Shown here: positions 9,335 through 19,480 of the stretch, one piece after another
How the letters are laid out: every line of letters starts with the position of its first letter
Position numbering within the stretch: position 1 is the first letter of the stretch
From: an uncultured bacterium
GTDB taxonomy: Bacteria > Patescibacteriota > Minisyncoccia > Phycocordibacterales > GCA-2401445
Direction: 5' to 3'
Assembly: GCA_937952265.1 (NCBI GenBank)
Contig: CALFYW010000016.1
Location: 270,661 to 334,660 of the forward strand
Length of the DNA: 64,000 nt
The notes under the pieces: model-generated
What the model was told of the DNA's origin: nothing
Database searches by the model: none
What the model saw: only the letters and a program-made list of their open reading frames with translations
Translations under genes and position numbers: made by a program

Positions 9335-11209
9335 ATGGAAAACTACGGAGAAAGTCAAGGTGAGCCCACGATGCCATTTTCCAAGGAAAGAGAATCGGTT
9401 GCAGCAACCTGGGAGCATACTCGTCAACATGAGGCAGGATCAACCCCTATGCGTAAACATACTTTTTCATTTACTAAAGTAATCTTTATTTTTTCGCTTG
9501 TTTTTTTCTTCGCTACCATTCTTATTGCGGGATTTTTTATTTTTGGGGGAAGGAATATTGTCTCCTCAGATAATATCGTTTTTGAGATTGAGTCTCCAGT
9601 CGCGGTTGCCGCGGGGGAAGAGTTGGCTCTTAATTTTTCGATGATTAACCGAAACACGGTGGCACTTGAATCAGTTGATTTTGAGATCTCTTTTCCTGAA
9701 GGAAGTCGAAATGCTGAGGATCTTAGTGTACCGGTGGATCGATATCGGGAGTCTTTCGGAACTATCGCAGTAAATGAGAAGGTTGATAGGAATATTTCAG
9801 TGGTACTTTTTGGGGAGGAGAACGAAAAGAAAGAAATTCGATTTTTTCTTGAATATCGGGTAGAAGGTTCCAACGCTATTTTGCAAAAAACAGTTCCTTA
9901 TGAGGTAACCATCAGTTCTGCCCCTGTTATTTTGAGGATTGATTCTTTTAAAGAAATTAGTAGTGGACAACAATTTAAAACTACCGTTGAGGTGGTTTCT
10001 AATACTTCTGAAGTGGTAGAAGATCTCTTGCTTGTAGCTGATTTTCCGGAAGGTTTTTCAGTTATTTCTACGGATATTGATCCTTCATATGGTGATGATA
10101 CATGGGTGATTGGAGATCTTCCGAGTAAGGCAAAATATACTATTACTATTCTGGGGACTTTAAACGGTCATCAGGCTGATGAGCGAACCGTTCGTTTTGT
10201 CGTGGGAGTTGTTAATAGTCGGAACCCACAAAGAATCGGCACTCCACTACTTTCTGGGTCCCACCGTGTTACCGTGACCGAACCGTTTATTTCTGTTGAT
10301 TTTGCTCTCAACGGGAGCCAAAATTCTCCCTTTGTAACTCAAAATGGAAAGACGATTCGAGCTGATATTTCGTGGGTTAATAACCTTCCCACTAAAGTTA
10401 TCAATGCAGAAGTTGAAGTTTCATTACGTGGGGTCGTTCTTGATAGACGCTCAATTACAGTACCCGAAGGTTTTTATGATTCCTCGAAAGGGGTGGTGCA
10501 ATGGAATAAAGACACGCTCCCATCACTTGGAGAGCTCTCGCCAGGAGACTTTGGGAGGGTGAGTTTTACTTTTAATACGATTGATTTCTCACGAGCGTCA
10601 CTTGATATTTTCCGTGATCCTGAAATTGTGCTTGATCTTACCGTAAAAGGTAAACGTGTCTCTGATAGCGAGGTTCCCGAAGAGATTGTCTTTACCGCAG
10701 TTCGGAAAGCTCGTATTGCAACCGATTTGGCGGTAGTACCCCAAGCGCTCTTTTCAGTTGGACCATTTTCAAACACTGGACTTCTGCCACCACACGCAGA
10801 ACAAGAGACTACCTATACGATTATTTGGACAGTTACGAACACTCTCAATGAGGTAAAAAATGCGGAGGTTTCAGCAACACTCCCCTCATATGTTAGGTGG
10901 ACCGGTAATGTGTCTCCGGGAAGTGAAAATATTATATTCAATCCTTCAGGAGGGCAGGTTGTCTGGCGCATTGGGGATCTTTCCCGCGGTCAAGGTATTG
11001 TAGGAGCCCCTCGTGAGGTTGCGTTTCAGGTTGCATTAAAACCAAGTTTAAGTCAGATTGGATCACGGCCGGTGCTTATTGGAGATGTGGTAGTTCGCGG
11101 AAGAGACGCATTTACCGAGATATCAGTGGAAAGTCGGCGATCGGCATTAACCACTTTTTTGTTGAATGACCCGGGTTTCTTAAGTGGGAATGATATTGTA
11201 ACTCAATAA
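9335..11209 (+). CDS. Hypothetical membrane-anchored protein with large extracytoplasmic domain
   Basis: N-terminal TM helix (VIFIFSLVFFFATILIAGFFIFGG) followed by about 550 aa of beta-rich sequence; start ambiguous (9335, 9371 or 9449). Confidence 0.6.
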   Translation: MENYGESQGEPTMPFSKERESVAATWEHTRQHEAGSTPMRKHTFSFTKVIFIFSLVFFFATILIAGFFIFGGRNIVSSDNIVFEIESPVAVAAGEELALNFSMINRNTVALESVDFEISFPEGSRNAEDLSVPVDRYRESFGTIAVNEKVDRNISVVLFGEENEKKEIRFFLEYRVEGSNAILQKTVPYEVTISSAPVILRIDSFKEISSGQQFKTTVEVVSNTSEVVEDLLLVADFPEGFSVISTDIDPSYGDDTWVIGDLPSKAKYTITILGTLNGHQADERTVRFVVGVVNSRNPQRIGTPLLSGSHRVTVTEPFISVDFALNGSQNSPFVTQNGKTIRADISWVNNLPTKVINAEVEVSLRGVVLDRRSITVPEGFYDSSKGVVQWNKDTLPSLGELSPGDFGRVSFTFNTIDFSRASLDIFRDPEIVLDLTVKGKRVSDSEVPEEIVFTAVRKARIATDLAVVPQALFSVGPFSNTGLLPPHAEQETTYTIIWTVTNTLNEVKNAEVSATLPSYVRWTGNVSPGSENIIFNPSGGQVVWRIGDLSRGQGIVGAPREVAFQVALKPSLSQIGSRPVLIGDVVVRGRDAFTEISVESRRSALTTFLLNDPGFLSGNDIVTQ

Positions 11210-11218
11210 TTTAATGAC

Positions 11219-12532
11219 ATGACAGAACATAAAGAAAAGACTTTAGAAGATGTAGTCGCGCTTGCAAAGCGACGTGGTTTTATATATCAAGGCGCTGAAA
11301 TTTACGGAGGACTTTCGGGTACATGGGATTATGGACCCCTGGGTACGGAATTGCGTTTCAATATTGAGCAGTTATGGTGGAAACAATTTGTCTCTGGCCG
11401 TGATGACATGTTTGGGATTTCTTCAAGTTTGATTATGCCAGAGTCAGTGTGGCGAGCGAGCGGGCATTTAGATGGTTTTACTGATCCACTGGTTGAATGT
11501 GAGAAATGTAAACGAAGGTTTCGAGCCGATCATTTAGAGGATAAAGAGAAGTGTCCTCATTGTGGAGGAGTATTGGGAAAAGAAAAAGTATTCAACTTAC
11601 TTTTTCCATTAGAGATGGGAAGTGCGGTAGGTGGTACCAGTACGGCATACCTGCGAGGTGAAGTGGCACAGGGAATGTTTGTAAATTTTAAAAATATTGT
11701 AGACTCATTCCATCCAGATTTACCCTTCGGTATTGCTCAGATCGGCAAAGCGTTTCGAAACGAAATCAATCCACGCGATTTTCTATTTCGAGTTCGAGAG
11801 TTTGATTTAGCAGAATTTGAGTATTTTATTCGTGAAAACTCGTGGGAAGAGCATTTCTCTTACTGGCAACAAGAAATGTGGCGATGGATTGATCAGATCG
11901 GACTTTCTCGCGAGCGGGTACACGAATATGAAGTTCCCGCATCGGATCGAGCGCATTATTCAAAACGTACAATCGATTTTGAATACGAGTATCCATTTGG
12001 CAAAAAGGAGCTATACGGGCTTGCGTACCGAACTGATTTTGATTTGAAACGTCACATGGAAGCCAGTGGTGTTGATCTCTCTTTTGTTGAGAAGGACGGA
12101 AGTAAATACATCCCACACACTATTGAACCAACATTCGGGATTGGTCGTACGGTGCTTGCGGTATTATGTGAAAGTTATTGCGAGGACGAACTTGGTGGTG
12201 AATCTCGTATTGTCTTAAAGTTGCCCCCACGGATCGCTCCTATTAAAGTAGCGGTGTTTCCACTTTTAAAGAATAAACCGGAACTCGTCAAAAAAGCAAA
12301 AGAGGTATATCACCTGTTACGGAAAGAATTAAACGGAGTAGTATTCGATGATCATGGAAATATTGGAAAAAGGTATCGACGTCAAGATGAAATTGGAACA
12401 CCGTTTTGTATTACAGTTGATTTTGATTCGCTTTCAGGTGAAGACGCGACCATTCGTTATCGTGATTCGGGAAAACAAGATCGTATTCCACTTGGGAGTC
12501 TCATGACATTCTTAAAAGATCACCTCGCATAA
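11219..12532 (+). CDS. glyQS: Glycine--tRNA ligase (dimeric GlyQS type)
   Basis: AEIYGGLSGTWDYGPLGTELRFNIEQLWW and FRNEINPRDFLFRVREFDLAEFEYF class II motifs. Confidence 0.9.
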   Translation: MTEHKEKTLEDVVALAKRRGFIYQGAEIYGGLSGTWDYGPLGTELRFNIEQLWWKQFVSGRDDMFGISSSLIMPESVWRASGHLDGFTDPLVECEKCKRRFRADHLEDKEKCPHCGGVLGKEKVFNLLFPLEMGSAVGGTSTAYLRGEVAQGMFVNFKNIVDSFHPDLPFGIAQIGKAFRNEINPRDFLFRVREFDLAEFEYFIRENSWEEHFSYWQQEMWRWIDQIGLSRERVHEYEVPASDRAHYSKRTIDFEYEYPFGKKELYGLAYRTDFDLKRHMEASGVDLSFVEKDGSKYIPHTIEPTFGIGRTVLAVLCESYCEDELGGESRIVLKLPPRIAPIKVAVFPLLKNKPELVKKAKEVYHLLRKELNGVVFDDHGNIGKRYRRQDEIGTPFCITVDFDSLSGEDATIRYRDSGKQDRIPLGSLMTFLKDHLA

Positions 12533-12579
12533 CATCTTGAGGTTTTCTGTTTTTATTCTGTGTGGTAAACTCAGTTTTT

Positions 12580-13857
12580 ATGAAGCACCAGAAGAAAGTA
12601 CTAAAAAACGGATTACGAGTAATTTTTGTTCCACTCAAAGAAAACCCAACGGTGACCGTCTTGGTCATGGTTGAGGCAGGATCCAAATACGAAACAAAAG
12701 AAATAAACGGCCTCTCCCATTTTTTGGAACACCTCTGTTTTAAGGGAACCGAGAAGAGGCCGAAACCAACGGATATTAGCGGAGAACTCGATGGTATTGG
12801 TGCAGAATATAACGCATTCACCTCACAAGAATTTACTGGATATTTTGCAAAGGCTCATCGTAAACACGCAAATCGATTACTCGATATTGTAGCTGATCTA
12901 TACCAGAATCCTATTTTTCGGACTGAAGATATTGATCGAGAACGCGGAGTTATTATTGAAGAGATCAATATGTACGAGGATCTCCCTCAACGGCAAGTAC
13001 ACGAGACGTACATGGAGCTACTGTATGGGGATCAGCCTGCTGGATGGAGTATTGCGGGTCCTAAAGAGGTTATTCGACGATTGTCCCAAGAGGAATTTAT
13101 CTCGTACCGTAATAAACATTATGTATCAAAAGCAACTACGGTAGTTATTTCGGGGGCATTTGACCGTGCCCAGATTCTCAAACAGATTCAAGAGAAGTTT
13201 TCTGGAATGTCTTCCGGGAAAAAACATTCAAAAATAAAAGTGCAGGAATCACAGCAGAAGCCCCAGGTACGAATTAAGGAGAAGAAAACCGATCAGGCTC
13301 ATCTTATCCTCGGTTTTCGGAGTATGGGAGTTACCCATAAAGATGAGCTCATCGCGTCATTTATTGCGGCCATCCTTGCGGGAGGGATGAGCTCGCGTTT
13401 ATTTGTAAGATTGCGGGAGAAGATGGGAGTTTGTTACTACGTAAAAGCATTTCAGGATTCCTATACAGATCACGGGTCTCTTTTTGTGGCCACAGGAGTT
13501 GACACAAAAAGAGTTCAGGAGGTGATTCGCGCGCTTCTTGAGGAATATACTCGATTAACGAAAGAGTTGATTTCTGATGAGGAGCTCAACCGAGTCAAAG
13601 AATCGGTTATTGGGAAGATGATTTTAGGGCTTGAGGCATCCGATGATGTTGCAGAATATATTGGGATACAAGAAATTTTACGTACGAGCATCGTTTCTCC
13701 TGAAGAGCGCGCAAAAAAGATTCGTGCCATCACCGCAAATGATATTCGGCGAGTTGCGCGGAAGATTATTACTGAAAAGAGGATGAACCTTGCACTGATC
13801 GGGCCATTTAATAACGTAAACCATTTTACGTCTATTTTGAAACTTCCACTTGAGTGA
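12580..13857 (+). CDS. M16-family zinc peptidase (insulinase-like)
   Basis: Inverted zinc motif HFLEHLCFKGT (HxxEH) near the N-terminus; ORF opens at 12562. Confidence 0.8.
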   Translation: MKHQKKVLKNGLRVIFVPLKENPTVTVLVMVEAGSKYETKEINGLSHFLEHLCFKGTEKRPKPTDISGELDGIGAEYNAFTSQEFTGYFAKAHRKHANRLLDIVADLYQNPIFRTEDIDRERGVIIEEINMYEDLPQRQVHETYMELLYGDQPAGWSIAGPKEVIRRLSQEEFISYRNKHYVSKATTVVISGAFDRAQILKQIQEKFSGMSSGKKHSKIKVQESQQKPQVRIKEKKTDQAHLILGFRSMGVTHKDELIASFIAAILAGGMSSRLFVRLREKMGVCYYVKAFQDSYTDHGSLFVATGVDTKRVQEVIRALLEEYTRLTKELISDEELNRVKESVIGKMILGLEASDDVAEYIGIQEILRTSIVSPEERAKKIRAITANDIRRVARKIITEKRMNLALIGPFNNVNHFTSILKLPLE

Positions 13858-13869
13858 TATTATAACAGT

Positions 13870-14964
13870 ATGCACTTTGAAGGAAAGCAGCATACCATTA
13901 CGATAACCACAGGAACTATTGCTCGCGTTTTTTTGCTCGCGTTCCTTTTTTATCTTATTTATGTACTCATCGATATCGTACTGGTGGTGCTTACCGCGGT
14001 GGTTATCGCGTCATCCATTGAACCATTGGCCCGATGGCTTGGGAAACAGGGTATCAGTCGGTTGCCCGCGGTTCTTATTATTTATATCACTACCATCCTA
14101 TCGTTTGTTGCAATTTTTTATCTTTTTGTCCCTCCTTTCTTAAGTGATGCCACCAGATTTCTCTCTACGTTGCCGGAGTATGTTGAAAGTATTGATGTGT
14201 GGACCCCAGATAAACAAGGGATTCTTGCAAATTTTGCTCCAGTATTAGGAGACAGTCTTTCTTTAAAGGATGCGGTTCTTGAAATAGAACACGCATTAGA
14301 GAACATTTCAGTAGGATTCTTTCAGGTAGTAAGCCGTGTTTTCGGGGGTATCCTGAGCCTTATCTTGATTGGGGTACTCTCTTTTTATTTATCAGTGCTT
14401 GAAGATGGAGTTGGAGCATTTCTGCGAATTATCACTCCGATTAAACACGAAGCCTATGTGGTAGGCCTCTGGAAGCGATCTCAAGAGAAGATTGGGCAAT
14501 GGCTCCAAGGGCAGATTCTTTTAGGACTTATTATTGGTATTTTAGTGTATTTAGGATTGACGATACTCGGGGTTAAGTATGCGTTTCTTCTCTCAATTTT
14601 AGCAGCGGTAACCGAGTTAATTCCACTTTTTGGACCGATTATGGCGGCAACACCAGCGGTACTCCTCGGTTTTGCTGATGGGGGTATTGGCTTTGGGTTT
14701 TTAATTATTGGTTTATATCTTATTATCCAACAATTTGAAAACCACCTCATTTATCCATTAGTTGTTCGGAAGGTGGTAGGTGTTCCTCCGCTTCTTGTTA
14801 TTCTTGCATTATTAATTGGTTTTAAGTTGGCAGGCTTTTTGGGGCTCATTCTCTCGGTTCCAATTGCGGCCGCAATTCGAGAGTATATACGAGATCTCGA
14901 ACTAGATAAACGCCAAGCACACAGCTTGCAGGAAAAGAATATCTCTGGTATAGAGCAAGCATGA
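13870..14964 (+). CDS. AI-2E family transporter (PerM/UPF0118)
   Basis: Eight predicted TM helices with the characteristic AI-2E profile; overlaps the metG start by an ATGA. Confidence 0.7.
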   Translation: MHFEGKQHTITITTGTIARVFLLAFLFYLIYVLIDIVLVVLTAVVIASSIEPLARWLGKQGISRLPAVLIIYITTILSFVAIFYLFVPPFLSDATRFLSTLPEYVESIDVWTPDKQGILANFAPVLGDSLSLKDAVLEIEHALENISVGFFQVVSRVFGGILSLILIGVLSFYLSVLEDGVGAFLRIITPIKHEAYVVGLWKRSQEKIGQWLQGQILLGLIIGILVYLGLTILGVKYAFLLSILAAVTELIPLFGPIMAATPAVLLGFADGGIGFGFLIIGLYLIIQQFENHLIYPLVVRKVVGVPPLLVILALLIGFKLAGFLGLILSVPIAAAIREYIRDLELDKRQAHSLQEKNISGIEQA

Positions 14965-16436
14965 AAGATATAAAAGAGAAAGGTAATTTTTATATTACGA
15001 CACCTATTTTTTACCCCAATGCTAAGCTGCATATGGGGCACGCTTACACCACGACTCTTGCTGACAGTATTGTGCGTTTTCATCGAATCTACGGTGACAG
15101 AACCTATTTTTTAACAGGCGCTGATGAAAATACTCAGAAGCTTGACCGTGCCGCGAAGCAGGCGGGAGAAGATACCAGCGCGTATCTTGATGAGATTATT
15201 TCTAATTTTAAATCTTTATTCTCAAACTTAAGTATCTCATATGACCAGTTTATTCGAACATCAGATAAAAAAGTACACTGGCCAGGGGCGCAGAAACTCT
15301 GGGAACATCTCGAAGCTTCAGGAGATCTTAAAAAACGTCGGTACGAGGGATACTATTGTGTTGGACATGAATCATTTATTACCGAGAAAGAATTAGTTGA
15401 TGGAAAGTGTCCAGATCATAAAGAAAAACCAGAGCTCATTTCTGAAGAAAATTATTTTTTTACACTTTCAAAATATACTGATGAAATTAAAAAGAAAATT
15501 CTTTCGAATGAATTTCATATTGTACCTGATTCTCGTCGGAATGAAGTGCTTTCTTTTCTGGATCAAGGTGTTGCGGATGTCAGTTTTTCGCGACCAAAAG
15601 AAAAATCTCCTCGTGGAATTCCCGTACCAAATGACCCATCTCAAATTATCTATGTGTGGTGTGACGCATTAGTAAATTATATTTCAGCTCTTGGGTATGG
15701 AAGGGAGGATACCACATTGTTTCAAGAATTTTGGCCTGCTGATTTGCATGTGATTGGTAAAGATATTCTTCGCTTTCACGCAGTTATTTGGCCGGGGATG
15801 TTGTTGTCGGCAGGGTTACCTCTTCCGCGCAAACTTTTGGTACATGGATTTATTACTGCGGGGGGACAGAAGATGTCGAAGACACTTGGTAATGTGGTTA
15901 ATCCAGAAGAGTTGATTCATAAGTATGGAACTGACGCACTCCGGTATGTGCTCTTGCGACACATTTCTCCTTTTGAAGATGGAGACATTACACAGGTATC
16001 ATTTCATGAATACTACGAGGCTCATTTGGTAAAAGGGCTTGGGAACCTCGTCAGTAGGATATTAACCATGACGCATAAAGCAAATATTTCTCTTGAAAAG
16101 GGGAAAATCATGGAAATCAAAAAATCTATTATTTCAGGTAGCGCGTGGGAAGGATATCGGAAATCTTTTACTACTCTCGATGTTCGAGAGTCCCTCAATG
16201 AGATTTGGAAACTTATTGGTAGGCTTGATCGTGAGATTCAAGAGAAGAAACCATTTCAAGAGATTAAATATAATGAAGCTAAAGCAAAACCTGTACTCGA
16301 GTTTCTCATTGGTGAGCTGTATCGAATTGGGATATTACTTGAACCTCTATTACCTGAAACTGCGGAGAATATTAAAGCACTGGTGTTGTCTAATACGCCT
16401 CCAGATAAAGCGCTTTTTCCTCGTCTTGAGTTATGA
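14961..16436 (+). CDS. metG: Methionine--tRNA ligase (core enzyme, no C-terminal tRNA-binding domain)
   Basis: ITTPIFYPNAKLHMGHAYTT (HIGH) and KMSKTLGN (KMSKS). Confidence 0.9.
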   Translation: MKDIKEKGNFYITTPIFYPNAKLHMGHAYTTTLADSIVRFHRIYGDRTYFLTGADENTQKLDRAAKQAGEDTSAYLDEIISNFKSLFSNLSISYDQFIRTSDKKVHWPGAQKLWEHLEASGDLKKRRYEGYYCVGHESFITEKELVDGKCPDHKEKPELISEENYFFTLSKYTDEIKKKILSNEFHIVPDSRRNEVLSFLDQGVADVSFSRPKEKSPRGIPVPNDPSQIIYVWCDALVNYISALGYGREDTTLFQEFWPADLHVIGKDILRFHAVIWPGMLLSAGLPLPRKLLVHGFITAGGQKMSKTLGNVVNPEELIHKYGTDALRYVLLRHISPFEDGDITQVSFHEYYEAHLVKGLGNLVSRILTMTHKANISLEKGKIMEIKKSIISGSAWEGYRKSFTTLDVRESLNEIWKLIGRLDREIQEKKPFQEIKYNEAKAKPVLEFLIGELYRIGILLEPLLPETAENIKALVLSNTPPDKALFPRLEL

Positions 16437-17173
16437 TTATTACACCGATTTGCACCCGTCGCCTGATGCCACCGCGTGACCATCTTTTTGATGCGCTACG
16501 TCCCGCGCTCTCTCACGTTTCCGAGAAGAGTATCTTTGTGGTTAGTTCAAAAGCGGTAAGTATTGGAGAGGGAAGATGTATACCAAAAACTTCAGTTTCT
16601 GATCTTTCCTCTTTAGTAAAACAAGAGGCAGATTGGTTTTTACCCTTATCCCAAACACCACATCGAACAATACCACTTACGGTAGTACGCCATGCATTTA
16701 TTGGAAAATCAGGGATTGATGAAAGTAACGGAAATGGATACTTAATTCTTCTTCCAAAAGATCCAACGCAAAGCGCGCGGATGATTCGATCGTGGATTCA
16801 AAGAGAATACCACGTTTCGGATGTGGGGGTTATTATTGCAGATTCTTATTCTATGATGTTGCGACGGGGGGCATCAGTGATCTCAATTGGCACTGCCGGA
16901 TTTGCTCCCTTAATTGATTATCGAAAAACTCCTGATTTGTTTGGCCGACCATTCGTATCTGAGGTTGAAAATATTGCTGATAAACTTGCTGCGGCTGGTG
17001 GTGCGGTAATGGGTGAGGGAGCACTCTCTGCGCCAGTGGTTTGTATTAGTGATCTTCCTGAACGAATCTCTTTTTCTGAATCAGAAGAGGGGCTGGTCCA
17101 CCTTCTTTCTTTTTCGGAGGATCGATTTTCAGCGATTTTAAAACAACCATGGGAGCAAGGAGGAAAAAAATAA
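16433..17173 (+). CDS. CofE-like (F420-0:gamma-glutamyl ligase family) protein
   Basis: VVSSKAVSIGEGRCIP resembles the CofE/folate-type gamma-glutamyl ligase motif; ATGA overlap with metG. Confidence 0.45.
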   Translation: MIITPICTRRLMPPRDHLFDALRPALSHVSEKSIFVVSSKAVSIGEGRCIPKTSVSDLSSLVKQEADWFLPLSQTPHRTIPLTVVRHAFIGKSGIDESNGNGYLILLPKDPTQSARMIRSWIQREYHVSDVGVIIADSYSMMLRRGASVISIGTAGFAPLIDYRKTPDLFGRPFVSEVENIADKLAAAGGAVMGEGALSAPVVCISDLPERISFSESEEGLVHLLSFSEDRFSAILKQPWEQGGKK

Positions 17174-17186
17174 TCGTGCATTAACT

Positions 17187-18047
17187 ATGGTCAAATTTTC
17201 GTATATTGATATTCATGCGCATTTAAACTTCTCAGCTTTTGACGAGGATCGTGAGGAAGTAATCGCGCGTATGGAAAATGTGGGGATTGGGGCAATTAAC
17301 GTTGGTACTCAGAAAGATACTTCCGCAAAAGCGGTTTCTCTCGCGGAAGCGCATCAAAATCAGTGGGCTATTGTTGGATTGCACCCCGTACACACTGAAG
17401 TAGGGTATCATACTAAAGCAGAGATTGGTGTCGGAGGATCACCTTTTAATTCACGAGGTGAAGCATTCGATCGAGAGTACTATCTAAGACTTGCCCGTAT
17501 GCCGAAAGTAATCGGCATTGGTGAGTGTGGACTCGATTATTTTCATGTTTCAAAGGAGTCTAAAGAACACCAAGCTAATATTTTTGTAGCACATATTGAG
17601 CTTGCAAATACGCTTCGTAAGCCACTCATGCTCCATATACGTAACGGTAAAGACTCCAGTGTTGATGCATATGAAGACGCATTAACCTTATTGCGTTCAC
17701 ACGCGAAGGTGCCAGGGAATGTTCATTTTTTTGCGGGTAGTATTGAGCAGGCACGATCGTTTCTTAATTTAGGATTCACCATTTCTTTTACGGGGGTTAT
17801 TACTTTTGCAGATTCGTACCGGGAATTGGTGCGTTTTGTGCCCCTTGATATGATGCACATAGAAACGGATTGTCCTTTTGTTGCGCCGGTGCCATATCGA
17901 GGAAAACGAAATGAACCCTCTTTTTTGCCTTCTATTGGTGAGTGTGTGGCGGAGATTCGCCAAAATCCCATTGAGAAGATTCAAAGGTCTCTACTTCAAA
18001 ACGCGGAGCGGCTTTTTGGTATCTCTCTTGAGGGGTTTGAGCTCTAA
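17187..18047 (+). CDS. tatD: TatD-family metal-dependent hydrolase/DNase
   Basis: DIHAHLNFSAFDEDREEVI at the N-terminus and GECGLDYF mid-protein. Confidence 0.85.
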   Translation: MVKFSYIDIHAHLNFSAFDEDREEVIARMENVGIGAINVGTQKDTSAKAVSLAEAHQNQWAIVGLHPVHTEVGYHTKAEIGVGGSPFNSRGEAFDREYYLRLARMPKVIGIGECGLDYFHVSKESKEHQANIFVAHIELANTLRKPLMLHIRNGKDSSVDAYEDALTLLRSHAKVPGNVHFFAGSIEQARSFLNLGFTISFTGVITFADSYRELVRFVPLDMMHIETDCPFVAPVPYRGKRNEPSFLPSIGECVAEIRQNPIEKIQRSLLQNAERLFGISLEGFEL

Positions 18048-18160
18048 AATTACAGAGCATGGGGCCCACTTGCGATGATTCTTGAGGTATGGTACCTTTG
18101 TCCTACATGGTTTCGCCAGAAAAAAAACCTGAAATAGCAGACAGCGATGATTTTGACCCT

Positions 18161-18646
18161 ATGGTTTACGAGGTAAGCTTTTGGCTTGCGCCACTCATTC
18201 CTGAAGAGGATATTTCACGGCACGTATCTGAAATAAAAGAGGAGATTGAACAGAGGGGTGGAAAAATTATCACTGAAGAATTTCCTAAGATGAAAAACAT
18301 TGCATACCCAATGCAAGGCATCATTGAGGGCAAGAAACACCTTTTTACCACGGGTTATTTCGGTTGGATGAAGTTTGAGATTGCTCCGGGGTCAGTCGCT
18401 GAGCTGGCGAAGTGGTTTAAAGAACAGTCGCGCATTATTCGTCACTTGATTATTACCACGGTACGAGAAAATACCCTTATGTGGAAACCTTCACTCTTGA
18501 AAAGGGATGAAGACCCTATAAAGGGGAAAGATAAAAAAGCCCCTTCTGGACGAAAGAAACAGCCGTCTGTCGAGAAAGAAAAAGAGGATGCCGTTATTAC
18601 GGATGAGGAACTTGATAAGACTATTGATGAGCTCGTGGTAGAATAG
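18161..18646 (+). CDS. rpsF: 30S ribosomal protein S6 with charged C-terminal tail
   Basis: MVYEVSFWLAPLIPEED...GGKIITEEFPKMKNIAYPM; the ORF opens at 18089, but the S6-like start is M at 18161. Confidence 0.85.
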   Translation: MVYEVSFWLAPLIPEEDISRHVSEIKEEIEQRGGKIITEEFPKMKNIAYPMQGIIEGKKHLFTTGYFGWMKFEIAPGSVAELAKWFKEQSRIIRHLIITTVRENTLMWKPSLLKRDEDPIKGKDKKAPSGRKKQPSVEKEKEDAVITDEELDKTIDELVVE

Positions 18647-18649
18647 GGT

Positions 18650-19120
18650 ATGTATATTAATAAAGCCTTTGTATTTGGAAACTTAACACGAGACCCTGAA
18701 TTGCGCGCATTACCATCAGGGAATCACGTTACCTCGTTCTCGGTGGCTACTAATCGTGTGTGGAAAGATCGAGATGGAGGTCGCCAAGAAGGAACTGAAT
18801 ATCATAATATTGTAGTATTTGGACGCCAGGCAGAGACAAGCGCGCAATATCTTCGTAAAGGGAGCTCAGTTTTTGTTGAAGGTCGGATGCAGACGCGAAG
18901 TTGGGAGGCGGCAGATGGTAATAAAAAATATCGAACCGAGATTATTGCAGAGCGGGTTCAATTTGGACCGCGTTCCGGATCATCAGGAGGTGCATCCTCA
19001 CCAGGAGAAGGGGGAAATAATGGGGCAGTATCACGTACTCCTAAAAAAGAAAGTCCTGACACTGAAGCATCAATTGAATACCCAGAGGAAGATATCAATC
19101 CGGATGATATTCCATTTTAG
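18650..19120 (+). CDS. ssb: Single-stranded DNA-binding protein
   Basis: OB fold (AFVFGNLTRDPELRALPSGNHVTSFSVA) and C-terminal acidic tail ending DDIPF. Confidence 0.9.
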   Translation: MYINKAFVFGNLTRDPELRALPSGNHVTSFSVATNRVWKDRDGGRQEGTEYHNIVVFGRQAETSAQYLRKGSSVFVEGRMQTRSWEAADGNKKYRTEIIAERVQFGPRSGSSGGASSPGEGGNNGAVSRTPKKESPDTEASIEYPEEDINPDDIPF

Positions 19121-19155
19121 TTATTAAGTTTAGAAAAGACGATAATAAAATTTAT

Positions 19156-19356
19156 ATGACCCAATGCTTTTTTTCACAAAATAATATTACGCATATTGAC
19201 TATAAAGATGTTGAAATTCTGAAAAAGTTTTTAAATCCTCATGCGCGTATGATCTCACGAAAACGTACTGGTGTGTCTGCTAAAAATCAAAGAAAACTCG
19301 CGCGAGCGGTAAAACGGGCTCGATTTATGGGGTTGCTTCCCTATGTCGCTCAATAA
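19156..19356 (+). CDS. rpsR: 30S ribosomal protein S18
   Basis: ISRKRTGVSAKNQRKLARAVKRARFMGLLPYV; completes the conserved rpsF-ssb-rpsR operon. Confidence 0.9.
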   Translation: MTQCFFSQNNITHIDYKDVEILKKFLNPHARMISRKRTGVSAKNQRKLARAVKRARFMGLLPYVAQ

Positions 19357-19380
19357 GCAGGTTGAGTAAAGGTAATAAAA

Positions 19381-19414
19381 AACAGATTCTACTGTACACA
19401 GAATCTGTTTTTTT
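19381..19414 (+). terminator. Rho-independent terminator after rpsR
   Basis: Hairpin aacagattct...agaatctgtt followed by a T run. Confidence 0.6.
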
Positions 19415-19480
19415 GTTTGGTCTTGTGTGGTATCTTCTAGGAAGAACCCTCAACCAAGGATTATTGTGAAAAAGTTCTTT

